DNA of 64,000 nucleotides from an uncultured delta proteobacterium (GTDB lineage Bacteria; Myxococcota_A; Polyangia; Polyangiales; Houyiibacteriaceae): NCBI GenBank assembly GCA_963792825.1, contig CAWBXS010000002.1, positions 455,198 to 519,197 of the forward strand, read 5' to 3'. Shown piece by piece: positions 52,653 to 64,000 of this stretch (position 1 is its first letter; each line of letters starts with the position of its first letter). The notes under the pieces were generated by a model. It saw only the letters and a program-made list of their open reading frames with translations, ran no database searches and was not told where the DNA came from. The position numbers and the translations under genes were made by a program.

Positions 52653-55600
52653 ATGAGGGCACGTTGGGCGCCGGGGTTAACTGCTTGCTTGGCTCTTGCG
52701 GCATGTAGCCTGGCGAGCAGCCAGGCGGGTGCGCAGTGCGCACTCACGTGCGCTGCGATCGTTCCGGGCTGCAATCCTGTGACCTGTCCTGGCGGGGCGT
52801 GCTTTGGAACGGCCGGACCCGACTGTATCAACGGCACCGCTGGCAACGACACGATCTTTGGTCTAGGCGGAGGCGATTGTATCTGCGCAGAGGGTGGCGA
52901 CGACACGGTATTTGCCGGGGCGGGAGATGACTTCGTTTTCGGAGGACCTGGCACGGACAACATCAACGGCGAAGCGGGGGCTGACAATCTCTTCGGCGAA
53001 GACGGCGGAGATGTGATTAGCGGCGGTGATGGCCCGGACTTCCTGTTTGGTGATGCGGGCAGCGACATCCTCTCCGGAGATGCAGGAGACGACCAGCTCT
53101 TTGGCGACGCAGGTGACGACACCCTCAATGGAGGAGCGGATAACGACACGTTGTTCGGCGGAACCGAAAACGACACCCTCAACGGAGGAATAGGGAACGA
53201 CTCTTTGTCGGGTCAGGCGGGAGCCGACATCTTGCGCGGCGATGACGGTGACGATCAGCTCAGCGGCGGCACCGAGAACGATCAGCTCTTCGGTGGAAAC
53301 GGGGCGGACAGTCTCTCCGGCGATACGGGCGACGACCTCGTCAACGGGGAAGCCGGCGACGACCCTCAGCTCGACGGCGGCGACGGAGAAGACACGATCA
53401 ACGGTGGAGCCGGCAACGATACGGCCAACGGAGGCCCCGGGCTCGACTTCATCAGCGGCGGGCCCGACAACGACACCCTGAACGGCGGCGATGGTCCGGA
53501 CTTGATCAATGGAGACGGCGGAGACGACGTGATCAACGGTAATGCTGACAATGACACGCTCGACGGGGGGGTCGGCATCAACACCGTGAACGGTAACGCC
53601 GGCTACGATCGCTGCCTCAACTTTACATTTACGGACGGCAGCTGCGAGCTCCTGACCCACGCAACACTCGAGTCGTTCAGCGCGTTCGAGGCAAACGGTG
53701 CCGCCGTCGTTCGCTGGGTGACCTCGTCCGAGACCGGTACCGTCGGGTTTTACCTATACCGCGAGCTCGACGGTGAGTGGGAGGCTGTCCACGAGGGGAT
53801 TCTTCCCGGATTGCTCGACGCGCCTCAGGGAGGCGTCTATGACTTCCGCGACGACCCGGCCCGCACGGGCGCGTCCGAGCGATACCTCTTGGTCGAGGTG
53901 GATCTGCAGGGAGTGCAATCCAGCCACGGGCCGTTCGACGTGACCTTCGACTCGACCGGCGAGACGATCCTCGAAGGAGACGCTCGCTACGCCCGGCAAC
54001 CGCATCCCCTGAGCCCGATCGTGCAAAGCTTGAAAGCCGCCGACTCGGAGAGGCAGCGAGCCGGAGATGCCGTCGCGCTCTACCTCGGGGTCGAGGCGAC
54101 CGGGCTTTACGCGGTGAGCGCTGCCGAGGTCGCCGCACGCCTCGGGCTCGATGAAACGATGGTGCGCGATCGGATCCAGACTGGCGAGCTCCTGCTCACC
54201 GAGGAGGGCCAGCCCGTTGCCTGGAGCGGCTCGACGGATGGTGCGGAGCTCCGGTTCTTCGGGAGGGAACGGGAGAGTCTCTACACGACCGAGCGAATCT
54301 ATCGCCTCGCACCGGACACGGGCATCGTCATGGCGGAGCAGTCTGCGGCGCCCGGCACACTCACCGACGGCCTCACCTATGAAGCGACACTGCACCTCGA
54401 GGAGAACGAAATCCCGGGGGTGCTCATCGGTCAGGACCCGGATCAGGACTATTGGTTCTGGCAGTTGATCTCGGCTGCGCCCGCGATGCCGCAAACGGCG
54501 ATGGTCACGTTTGATCTCGAGGCCGTCGCCGGGGGCGGGAATCTACGCGTGGACCTGCATGGCATCTCGGGCGAGGTGCATTCGGTCGACGTACGCCTCA
54601 ATGGCGCGCTCGTCGGTACGACCCAGTTTGAAGGGGTCATACCTCATTCCGCGACGTTTTCTTTTCCTCAGGCGGACCTGCGCGAAGGCGAAAACATCCT
54701 CTCGATCGAGCCGAGCGAGCCCGGCGACAGCGTCCTCTATCTCGACTCCGCGGACGTGAGCTACACGCGTGGATATGCGACCGTCGAACCTTCTCTGCTC
54801 TTCCGTGGGAGTCAGGACGCATCGATCGAGGTGACCGGCCTCACTGGAGAGGATCCCGAGCTTCTCGATGTGACAGACCCCCTGCGACCCACGATGCTCA
54901 CCGGCACGGTCGCAACGCCTACAGGGCTGCAACTCAGCATGGAGACGGACCACGAGTACTTCGCGCTCACCGCCACGGAAGTGCGCATTCCAAGCTCGAT
55001 TTGGAACGACGTGCCGTCGAACCTGCGGAGCTCTGCGAATTCAGTGAGCTACCTCGTCATCGCACCAACCGGGCTCCTCGGCGGAGCGCAGGAGCTAGCC
55101 GACTACCGCGAGGCCGAGGGGCTCGTCTCGATGGTCGTCGAGCTGCAGGACATCTACGATGAGTTCGCGTTCGGCACTCCGGATCCGAACGCGATTCGGG
55201 CATTCCTCGCCTACGCGCACGACCATTGGGCCACCGCCCCCGAGTTCGTGGTGCTCGCGGGCAAGGGGTCACTCGATTACCGCGACATCCTAGGTCTCGG
55301 TGGAAACCTTCTTCCTCCCCTCATGGTTCGGACGCCCGCCAGCCTCGTCTCGTCCGATACCAGGTACGCGGACTTCCTGGGCGACGACGGCCTTCCAGAC
55401 GTCCCACTCGGGCGTCTGTCCGTGACTTCCGAGGCCGAGCTCGACTCGATCGTTCAGCAGATCATCCGCTACGAAGACTCGATCGACGCCGTACCCAACG
55501 ACATCACGCTCCTTGCGGATGCAACCGTTCCAGAGGGCAATTTCGGTGCCGCGAGTGACTCCGTGATCGACGTGCTTCCGAACGACTGGACTGCCACTGC

Positions 55601-56306
55601 CGTCTACCGGTCCGAGTTGGGCGACTTGGAATCGACGCGCGCGCTCTTCTTCGATGAAGTTCGCAAAGGACCGAGGATGGTCACCTACCTCGGTCACGCC
55701 GGAATCACCTCGCTTGGACTCAAGGAGAGTCTGTTCGGCATCCAAGATCTCGAGACGATGACGATCGACGGTACCGAGCCGGTCTTCGCCGCCATGACGT
55801 GCGTGACGTCTCGCTTCGAAGTTCCCGGGCTCGTTTCCCTCGGCGAAGCCATGTTGATCGACGAGGAAGGGGCCATCGCGGTCTGGGGCCCGTCCGGTGT
55901 GTCGATCAACGAGCAGGCCACCATGCTCACGAAGGCGCTGGTCGATGAGCTGAGCACAGGTGGCGAGACACGACTCGGGCCGATGGTCACCCGTGCATTT
56001 GGCGTAGTGGCCGACTTGGAGTTCGGCCGCGACATGACCGCGATCTACAACTTGCTTGGCGATCCAGCGTTGCGTGTCGGGAAAGCAGATGATTCCTCCG
56101 GAACGGGCGGCTCCGGCGGTGCCGCCGGCGCGGACGGAAGCGGTGGCGACTCTGAAAACGGCGGCTCGATCCCACCGGAAGCGGGTCTCAACCTCTCCGG
56201 GTGTAACGTGGGTTGGTCCGAACCGGGCGGGAATGGCGGGTGGCTCCTGCTGCTGACCGCGGCCCTCGCTCTTGGTTTGCGGCGGCGCCGCCGCCTTGGA
56301 CGATGA
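52653..56306 (+). CDS. giant secreted protein: Cys-rich N-terminus + 29 RTX (GGxGxD) nonapeptide repeats + beta-rich middle + C25/gingipain-like peptidase domain + MYXO-CTERM-like tail
   Basis: ATG 52653 follows GGGGAGA. Signal peptide MRARWAPGLTACLALAACSLASSQAGA. The RTX block spans 52833-53618. The C25-like region spans ~55044-56080 (YLVIAPTGLLGGAQELADYREAEGL, IYDEFAFGTPDPNAIRAFLAYA, EFVVLAGKGSLDYRD). It has the His in TYLGHAG (55695-55697), the Cys in AAMTCVTSRF (55800-55802) and LLGDPALRV. The tail reads [35 protein letters not shown]. Confidence 0.8.
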   Translation: MRARWAPGLTACLALAACSLASSQAGAQCALTCAAIVPGCNPVTCPGGACFGTAGPDCINGTAGNDTIFGLGGGDCICAEGGDDTVFAGAGDDFVFGGPGTDNINGEAGADNLFGEDGGDVISGGDGPDFLFGDAGSDILSGDAGDDQLFGDAGDDTLNGGADNDTLFGGTENDTLNGGIGNDSLSGQAGADILRGDDGDDQLSGGTENDQLFGGNGADSLSGDTGDDLVNGEAGDDPQLDGGDGEDTINGGAGNDTANGGPGLDFISGGPDNDTLNGGDGPDLINGDGGDDVINGNADNDTLDGGVGINTVNGNAGYDRCLNFTFTDGSCELLTHATLESFSAFEANGAAVVRWVTSSETGTVGFYLYRELDGEWEAVHEGILPGLLDAPQGGVYDFRDDPARTGASERYLLVEVDLQGVQSSHGPFDVTFDSTGETILEGDARYARQPHPLSPIVQSLKAADSERQRAGDAVALYLGVEATGLYAVSAAEVAARLGLDETMVRDRIQTGELLLTEEGQPVAWSGSTDGAELRFFGRERESLYTTERIYRLAPDTGIVMAEQSAAPGTLTDGLTYEATLHLEENEIPGVLIGQDPDQDYWFWQLISAAPAMPQTAMVTFDLEAVAGGGNLRVDLHGISGEVHSVDVRLNGALVGTTQFEGVIPHSATFSFPQADLREGENILSIEPSEPGDSVLYLDSADVSYTRGYATVEPSLLFRGSQDASIEVTGLTGEDPELLDVTDPLRPTMLTGTVATPTGLQLSMETDHEYFALTATEVRIPSSIWNDVPSNLRSSANSVSYLVIAPTGLLGGAQELADYREAEGLVSMVVELQDIYDEFAFGTPDPNAIRAFLAYAHDHWATAPEFVVLAGKGSLDYRDILGLGGNLLPPLMVRTPASLVSSDTRYADFLGDDGLPDVPLGRLSVTSEAELDSIVQQIIRYEDSIDAVPNDITLLADATVPEGNFGAASDSVIDVLPNDWTATAVYRSELGDLESTRALFFDEVRKGPRMVTYLGHAGITSLGLKESLFGIQDLETMTIDGTEPVFAAMTCVTSRFEVPGLVSLGEAMLIDEEGAIAVWGPSGVSINEQATMLTKALVDELSTGGETRLGPMVTRAFGVVADLEFGRDMTAIYNLLGDPALRVGKADDSSGTGGSGGAAGADGSGGDSENGGSIPPEAGLNLSGCNVGWSEPGGNGGWLLLLTAALALGLRRRRRLGR
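52833..53618 (+). repeat. 29 consecutive 27-nt (nonapeptide) hemolysin-type Ca-binding repeats
   Basis: Counted by hand from GTAGNDTIF through GNAGYDRC. One unit is 10 aa long. Confidence 0.85.
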
Positions 56307-56323
56307 GGGTCGAAGGGACCCAT

Positions 56324-57784
56324 TCAGGCTGACTTGGTGCGGAGCAAGAGCGTCAGCTTCGAAAGAAGATCCCGCACGAGCGCTGGCGCCAACCACCGCA
56401 ACGTTGCGAGGTAGACGATCACGCCGAGGGGGATCGCAACGAGAAGCCGGCCCACGGCTCCCAAGTCGATCTGCAGGATGACCCACATCGCAAGTGCCAT
56501 CGGCAAACAGGAGGCCAGCGCGGGAACGACGTTTGCGAGGTAGCGCCCTGGAGACACACCAATCGCCGAGCGCAGGGCAACCAGGTTGAGCGGCATCAAG
56601 ACATAGGCTCGAACCACGTATGCTGCCGCGACCGCGACGATGCCCCAGCGTGCCACCGTGAAGAAAATCATCACATTGGCGACGGTATTCACAGCTGAGA
56701 GCTTCAACACCAAGTCAGTACGGCCTGCCGCCGTGAGCGCGGCATGGTCGAAATAGCTCACGCCATGGATCAGGCCGATCAATGCGAGCACCTGCAGCAC
56801 GTCTCCACTCTGTGCGTAGCGGTCGCCGAAGATCAAGGGAACGGCGATCGGAGCCAGGACGGCGACACCCAAGAATACTGGCATGGTCACGACGCTCGCC
56901 GCGCGCGTGGATTCGTAGAACGCATTCAGCATTCGCTCGGGTTGGTCTTGGAGCCTCGAAAATGCCGTGAACGCGACAGAGGACCCGGTCTTTGCGAGCA
57001 CCTGTTCGAGAATCTGTAGTCCGCGGTACGCGACCGCATAGATGCCGAGAGCAGCTTCCCCGAGCACCAAACCGATGACGAAGTCGTCCGCACGACGGCT
57101 AAACAACCCGAAGAGCCCGGAGCCGAGCAAATAGGCGCTGAATACGGTCAAATCCTTGAGATGGCGGATCGAAAACTCGAGGCGCGGCCACCATGCCGCA
57201 GCGCTCCAAACGACCAACACGTCGAGCGTCGCGCCGACCAGCTGTTGGACGACCAGCGCATACACGCCCCAACCCGCGAGCGCCGCGACCACTCCGGCCA
57301 CTCCTCCGGCTAGAGCGGCGAACAGCGAGCGAAGAGCGAGCGCTCGGAACTGAAACCGACGCTGCAAGAGCCCTACGGGAATTCCGACGGCACCGCGCAG
57401 CGGGAGAACGGGGCTCAGCCACCGGATCACGCGTGTGAGCTCTCCTTGCCCGTAGAGCGCAGCGATGAAGGGCGCGGTGAGCCAGAGCAGACCACCAAGT
57501 CCGCAGCCGAGCAGCACGCTAGTCCAGAATGCGGTGCTCTCGTGCGCGGGTTCGATCTCCCTGCGCTGCGTAATTGCCGAGCCCAGCCCCTGCGAAACGA
57601 GCGCGTCTCCGAGGGCGACGAAGACTCCCGCCATCGCCAGAAGACCAAAGTCCGATGGAGTGAGGAGTCGCGCCAGGACGATGAACACGACCAGAGAGAA
57701 CAGTCGAACACCCACCGACTGCATCGCGGTCCAAAAGACGCCGTGAACCGCGCCGCGCTGGTCCAGCTCAGTCATACGCGCCAT
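56324..57784 (-). CDS. polysaccharide biosynthesis protein / Wzx-type oligosaccharide flippase (MOP superfamily)
   Basis: 486 aa and ~14 TM helices. The N-terminus WTAMQSVGVRLFSLVVFIVLARLLTPSDFGLLAMA is typical of the Polysacc_synt family. Confidence 0.85.
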   Translation of the reverse strand: MARMTELDQRGAVHGVFWTAMQSVGVRLFSLVVFIVLARLLTPSDFGLLAMAGVFVALGDALVSQGLGSAITQRREIEPAHESTAFWTSVLLGCGLGGLLWLTAPFIAALYGQGELTRVIRWLSPVLPLRGAVGIPVGLLQRRFQFRALALRSLFAALAGGVAGVVAALAGWGVYALVVQQLVGATLDVLVVWSAAAWWPRLEFSIRHLKDLTVFSAYLLGSGLFGLFSRRADDFVIGLVLGEAALGIYAVAYRGLQILEQVLAKTGSSVAFTAFSRLQDQPERMLNAFYESTRAASVVTMPVFLGVAVLAPIAVPLIFGDRYAQSGDVLQVLALIGLIHGVSYFDHAALTAAGRTDLVLKLSAVNTVANVMIFFTVARWGIVAVAAAYVVRAYVLMPLNLVALRSAIGVSPGRYLANVVPALASCLPMALAMWVILQIDLGAVGRLLVAIPLGVIVYLATLRWLAPALVRDLLSKLTLLLRTKSA

Positions 57785-57940
57785 CGAGGGTCAGATGCGT
57801 CGCCGATCCCACGTGACACCGCTCTTGATCTGCTTTGCAGCTACACCGCCGGTGATCACCCCAGCGTCGATGTCTCGCGACCCGTCGACGCACACCGGCT
57901 CGGACTCTCGTCACGGCGTACTTCCACTTCAGATCGGAAT

Positions 57941-59263
57941 TCAAACGCCTATCTCGTGTTGTGTGTGGATCGTCGACAGCAAGAGCTCGCGCTTGGCCGC
58001 ATCGAGATAGCCGCGTCCGTGATGCTCGTCGGGCTCTAGGTGATTACCCTCGGCCCATTCATTCCACGACTTGAGAAAGACCAATCTCTTGTCGGATGGA
58101 CGGTGGGCGATCAGTTCGATCGCATGACGAAGATGGCTCGCAAAGAGCTCTGGTGAAGATTCGTGGAACACCAAACCCCAACGACCCATCCGGGGAGTGT
58201 TGTCCCAGTTGGGAACGACGCATGGAAAGTAATCGTCGGAAACCCGTAGCTCGCGGTACGCGGATTCGACGAGCTCTTCGTAGGAGCTGACCAAGGGAAG
58301 TAAGAGGCGTCCGGTGAGCCGGTCGTGCAGCCGATCGAGCGGACGGGGTAGAGAGGGTCGCGACGCCCGTGCAATGGCTTGATGAACGAGTGCCAAACCT
58401 GGACGCTCCAGCAAGGCCTGTGAACGGCGGCGAGCCTCGACCTTGCGCCGAATCGCCGGCGGCAGGAACGACAGTAGGTGGCCGATTCCCTTGTGAACCC
58501 CGCCGTCCAGCCCAAACCTCTTCGGGTCAGCGTCGGCGTTGAGGATGCCCAGGAGATGCAGCCCTTTGAATCCCGCTTCGAGTGCGAGCTCCCTCCAGCA
58601 ATCGGTGAACTCGAGCGCATTGGGAAGCTTGTCTGGCCGAAAGACGATGAACAGCGGTTTGCCGTCGACCGTGATGTAACGATCATCGGCGAAGGCCTTC
58701 CGCACGGCATTGAAGTGGTTCTCGTAGTCCGAGCGCCCGGGATAGGTTTGGTCTACCAGAAGCTCCCACGGGCGGCCGATCCAAGCCGCGGTCCAACTGT
58801 GGTTGGCCCAGGCCAGACAGAACGGAAAATCCGGCCGGCCGCTTTCGAGCACCTCGTTGAACGGGCGCTCTAGGAGACGGCGACCGGCAAACCAATAGTG
58901 CCAGTAGCAAAACCCTTCGAGACCGTGGGAGCGCGCCAGCTCGGCTTGCGCCTCGCGCGTTTCGGGAGAGCGAAGGTCATAGTAGCCGAGCTCCACCGGG
59001 ACTCGCGGCTGGTAGTGGCCGGCAAAGAGGGGCGTGGCCTGACGGACGTTCGTCCACTCGGTGAAGCCCTCGCCCCACCAATCACTATTCTCTGGGATCG
59101 GGTGGAACTGAGGGAGATAGAAAGCAATGGCCCGTGCGGTCGAGCTCAAGGATGCACCCCCATGTGTGGGGCGGGGGATAGCGTAGTCCCCGGTATGATT
59201 CAACCGGTCGGACACGTTCGGTGTGCCAACGGATGGCAGGGGCAACGTGAAAAGCCGTCCCAC
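57941..59263 (-). CDS. WbsX-like glycosyltransferase / GH99-like family protein
   Basis: AIAFYLPQFHPIPENSDWWGEGFTEWTNV and CYWHYWF are the characteristic N-terminal motifs of the Glyco_tran_WbsX family. Confidence 0.7.
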   Translation of the reverse strand: MGRLFTLPLPSVGTPNVSDRLNHTGDYAIPRPTHGGASLSSTARAIAFYLPQFHPIPENSDWWGEGFTEWTNVRQATPLFAGHYQPRVPVELGYYDLRSPETREAQAELARSHGLEGFCYWHYWFAGRRLLERPFNEVLESGRPDFPFCLAWANHSWTAAWIGRPWELLVDQTYPGRSDYENHFNAVRKAFADDRYITVDGKPLFIVFRPDKLPNALEFTDCWRELALEAGFKGLHLLGILNADADPKRFGLDGGVHKGIGHLLSFLPPAIRRKVEARRRSQALLERPGLALVHQAIARASRPSLPRPLDRLHDRLTGRLLLPLVSSYEELVESAYRELRVSDDYFPCVVPNWDNTPRMGRWGLVFHESSPELFASHLRHAIELIAHRPSDKRLVFLKSWNEWAEGNHLEPDEHHGRGYLDAAKRELLLSTIHTQHEIGV

Positions 59264-59299
59264 GAGGGACGGCCTTCCACTAGTAGAAACGGAGATCGC

Positions 59300-60775
<1,476 letters not shown>

Positions 60776-60871
60776 GGGGTGAAGCATAGACGAAAGCCCA
60801 GAGTTGCCAACAATAAATTGGTAGCCCCAACACAACGATTTGAGCGAGCGCGCGCCGAACCGGCGCCGGAT

Positions 60872-62575
<1,704 letters not shown>

Positions 62576-62597
62576 TTAAGGGCCGCGCTCGATCGTG

Positions 62598-63827
62598 TCA
62601 ACGCGACTCTGGGTCGGGCGACATGGACCGCGTCTTTGTGTGGATTTTCGAGAGCTCTGGTTCTTCCATATCGGCGGAGTGCTCGATCAAGGACGCGCGC
62701 GTGACACCTGCTGCGCCGAACCTTTCGCGCAGGGCCGTCGTCGTGACGGCCAGAAGCTCACGCCGCGCCCGTTCTGCATCGGGAAACAGCTCGACGTCCG
62801 GCACCTTGGTGAGCGAGGAAACCGAGACGCCGGTCAGGCGCACGCCGAAGTCGAGCGCATCGAATCGTGCGAGCAAGTCAGTGGCGGCGCCGAAGATCGC
62901 ATCCGTATCGCAGACCGCTCGTGGCAGGCGAGCTTGCCGCGTGCAAGTGCGGTGATCCCCGTACTTCAGCTTCAACGTGACGACCCGCGCCCAGAGCTCG
63001 TTGTGCACCAAGCGGTCGGCAACCTGCATCGACTGTTGCAAGATCGGCTTCAGGAGCTCGTCGGCCGTCCTGAGATCCCGTTCGAAGGTAGCTTCACTGC
63101 CGAGGCTCTTGAGAGGTGCGCCTACGACGACAGGCCGCTCGTCGATTCCCTGGGCAAGCTCCCTCGCGACCGGGCCCCAGCTGCCGAGCAATTGCTCGAG
63201 CGTCTGCACGTCGGCACGGGCAAGGTCCCCGATCGTTTGAAGCCCGGCGGCGCGAAGCCTCACCCTGGCCTTCGGGCCGACCCGCCACATTCGCTCCAGA
63301 GGGAGAGGAGCGAGGAACTCCGCGGCACTGCCCGGCCTCACGATGGTGAGCCCATCAGGCTTGCCGAAGTCGCTGGCGATCTTGGCAACGAACTTGTTTG
63401 GCGCGACGCCCGCGGACCCGGTCAGTCCGATCTCTGCGCGGATGTCCTCTTTGATGCGGCGCGCGATCTCGGCTCCATCCCCGAAGAGGGCCCGGCTGCC
63501 GGTCACGTCGAGAAAGGCCTCGTCGACCGACAAGCCCTCGACGACGGGCGTATAGCGGCGAAACACCTCGAAAACCCTGCCGCTCACCTCCGAATACCTC
63601 GCGCGCCGGGGTGGAACGACGACTGCAGAAGGACAACGGCGGAGCGCCTCGACCATCGACATCGCCGATCGAACCCCCGTAGGGCGTGCCTCATAAGAGG
63701 CCGCCGCCACCACGCCCCTACGCGACCGCGCCCCCACCAGGACCGGCTTTCCCCGAAGATTCGGGTCATCCAGCTGCTCTACCGAGGCAAAAAAAGCATC
63801 CATGTCGAAGTGGATGACTATACGCAT
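62598..63827 (-). CDS. dinB: DNA polymerase IV (Y-family)
   Basis: Start trimmed to MRIVIHFDMDAFFASVEQLDDPNLRGKPVLVG. Motifs include SVDEAFLDVT and GVAPNKFVAKIASDFGKPDG. Confidence 0.92.
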   Translation of the reverse strand: MRIVIHFDMDAFFASVEQLDDPNLRGKPVLVGARSRRGVVAAASYEARPTGVRSAMSMVEALRRCPSAVVVPPRRARYSEVSGRVFEVFRRYTPVVEGLSVDEAFLDVTGSRALFGDGAEIARRIKEDIRAEIGLTGSAGVAPNKFVAKIASDFGKPDGLTIVRPGSAAEFLAPLPLERMWRVGPKARVRLRAAGLQTIGDLARADVQTLEQLLGSWGPVARELAQGIDERPVVVGAPLKSLGSEATFERDLRTADELLKPILQQSMQVADRLVHNELWARVVTLKLKYGDHRTCTRQARLPRAVCDTDAIFGAATDLLARFDALDFGVRLTGVSVSSLTKVPDVELFPDAERARRELLAVTTTALRERFGAAGVTRASLIEHSADMEEPELSKIHTKTRSMSPDPESR

Positions 63828-63858
63828 GTGCTCTTTGGCGACCCTACCGCAGTAAGTC

Positions 63859-63878
63859 TTGATCGCCAGGGCGATCAA
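63859..63878. promoter_or_regulatory. 20-bp palindrome TTGATCGCC-AG-GGCGATCAA between dinB and a divergent ORF
   Basis: Perfect 9-bp arms read directly from the sequence. It lies 32-51 nt upstream of the dinB ATG (63827) and 18-37 nt upstream of the ATG at 63896. Candidate operator. Confidence 0.35.
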
Positions 63879-63895
63879 ACGTACCGTCCCGCGCT

Positions 63896-64000
63896 ATGGC
63901 AGAACCAGGCGAAAAGAACCCCTACGAGGGTCGGTTTGGGATCCTACGTCGGATCGACGACCTCATCTTCACGGTCGAGATGGGGATTCTTTGGACGTTT
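63896..64000 (+). CDS. partial ORF, hypothetical (possibly the start of a membrane protein)
   Basis: MAEPGEKNPYEGRFGILRRIDDLIFTVEMGILWTF runs off the window. With only 35 codons there is no secure family call. Confidence 0.3.
   Translation, partial: MAEPGEKNPYEGRFGILRRIDDLIFTVEMGILWTF

Noticed and set aside
57900-57915. An 11-nt match (CACTTCAGATC) to the left-junction repeat region at 42832-42842.
   Set aside because: An 11-mer match is expected many times by chance in 64 kb, and there is no supporting context.

Overview
This is a 64-kb, high-GC, gene-dense chromosomal segment. I assign it to Myxococcota by inference. Three secreted proteins end in MYXO-CTERM-like tails (Gly/Ser linker, Cys, hydrophobic helix, poly-Arg). 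Two lipoproteins carry Myxococcus-type cysteine-rich repeats. There is a eukaryotic-like Ser/Thr kinase, and about a dozen ORFs open with a signal peptide ending in a lipobox-like Cys. I call about 50 protein-coding genes, 2 tRNAs (Arg-TCT, Pro-TGG) and several gene remnants. I recognised no rRNA, CRISPR array, transposase or integrase. Housekeeping anchors are folE, mscL, rph-rdgB, pyrG and dinB. Transport genes include an RND pump with its adaptor, and a divergent TolC-like gene fused to a periplasmic-binding-like domain. They also include a MacAB-TolC-type operon, an APC permease-Usp fusion, two MFS transporters and two K+ channel families. The most unusual content is as follows. (i) There are three gingipain/C25-like (clan CD) cysteine peptidase homologues in three architectures. 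Two are paralogous lipoproteins: 19870-21114 lies downstream of the Ser/Thr kinase, and 29561-30808 heads a three-gene lipoprotein cassette with two tandem paralogous Gly-tethered lipoproteins. That cassette is my best candidate for an undescribed system. The third is a 1217-aa protein with 29 RTX nonapeptide repeats, a C25 domain and a MYXO-CTERM-like tail. (ii) A visibly A/T-richer stretch (about 41.6-49.0 kb) abuts tRNA-Pro. Within it a 20/22-nt direct repeat brackets about 6.1 kb of hypothetical secreted proteins and a cluster of gene fragments (MetE, ion-transporter permease, an ORF with an in-frame stop). (iii) An aminotransferase has an apparent frameshift. All family assignments are by-eye motif recognition from the translations. 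No database search or computation was run, and identities quoted as 'by eye' are not computed.
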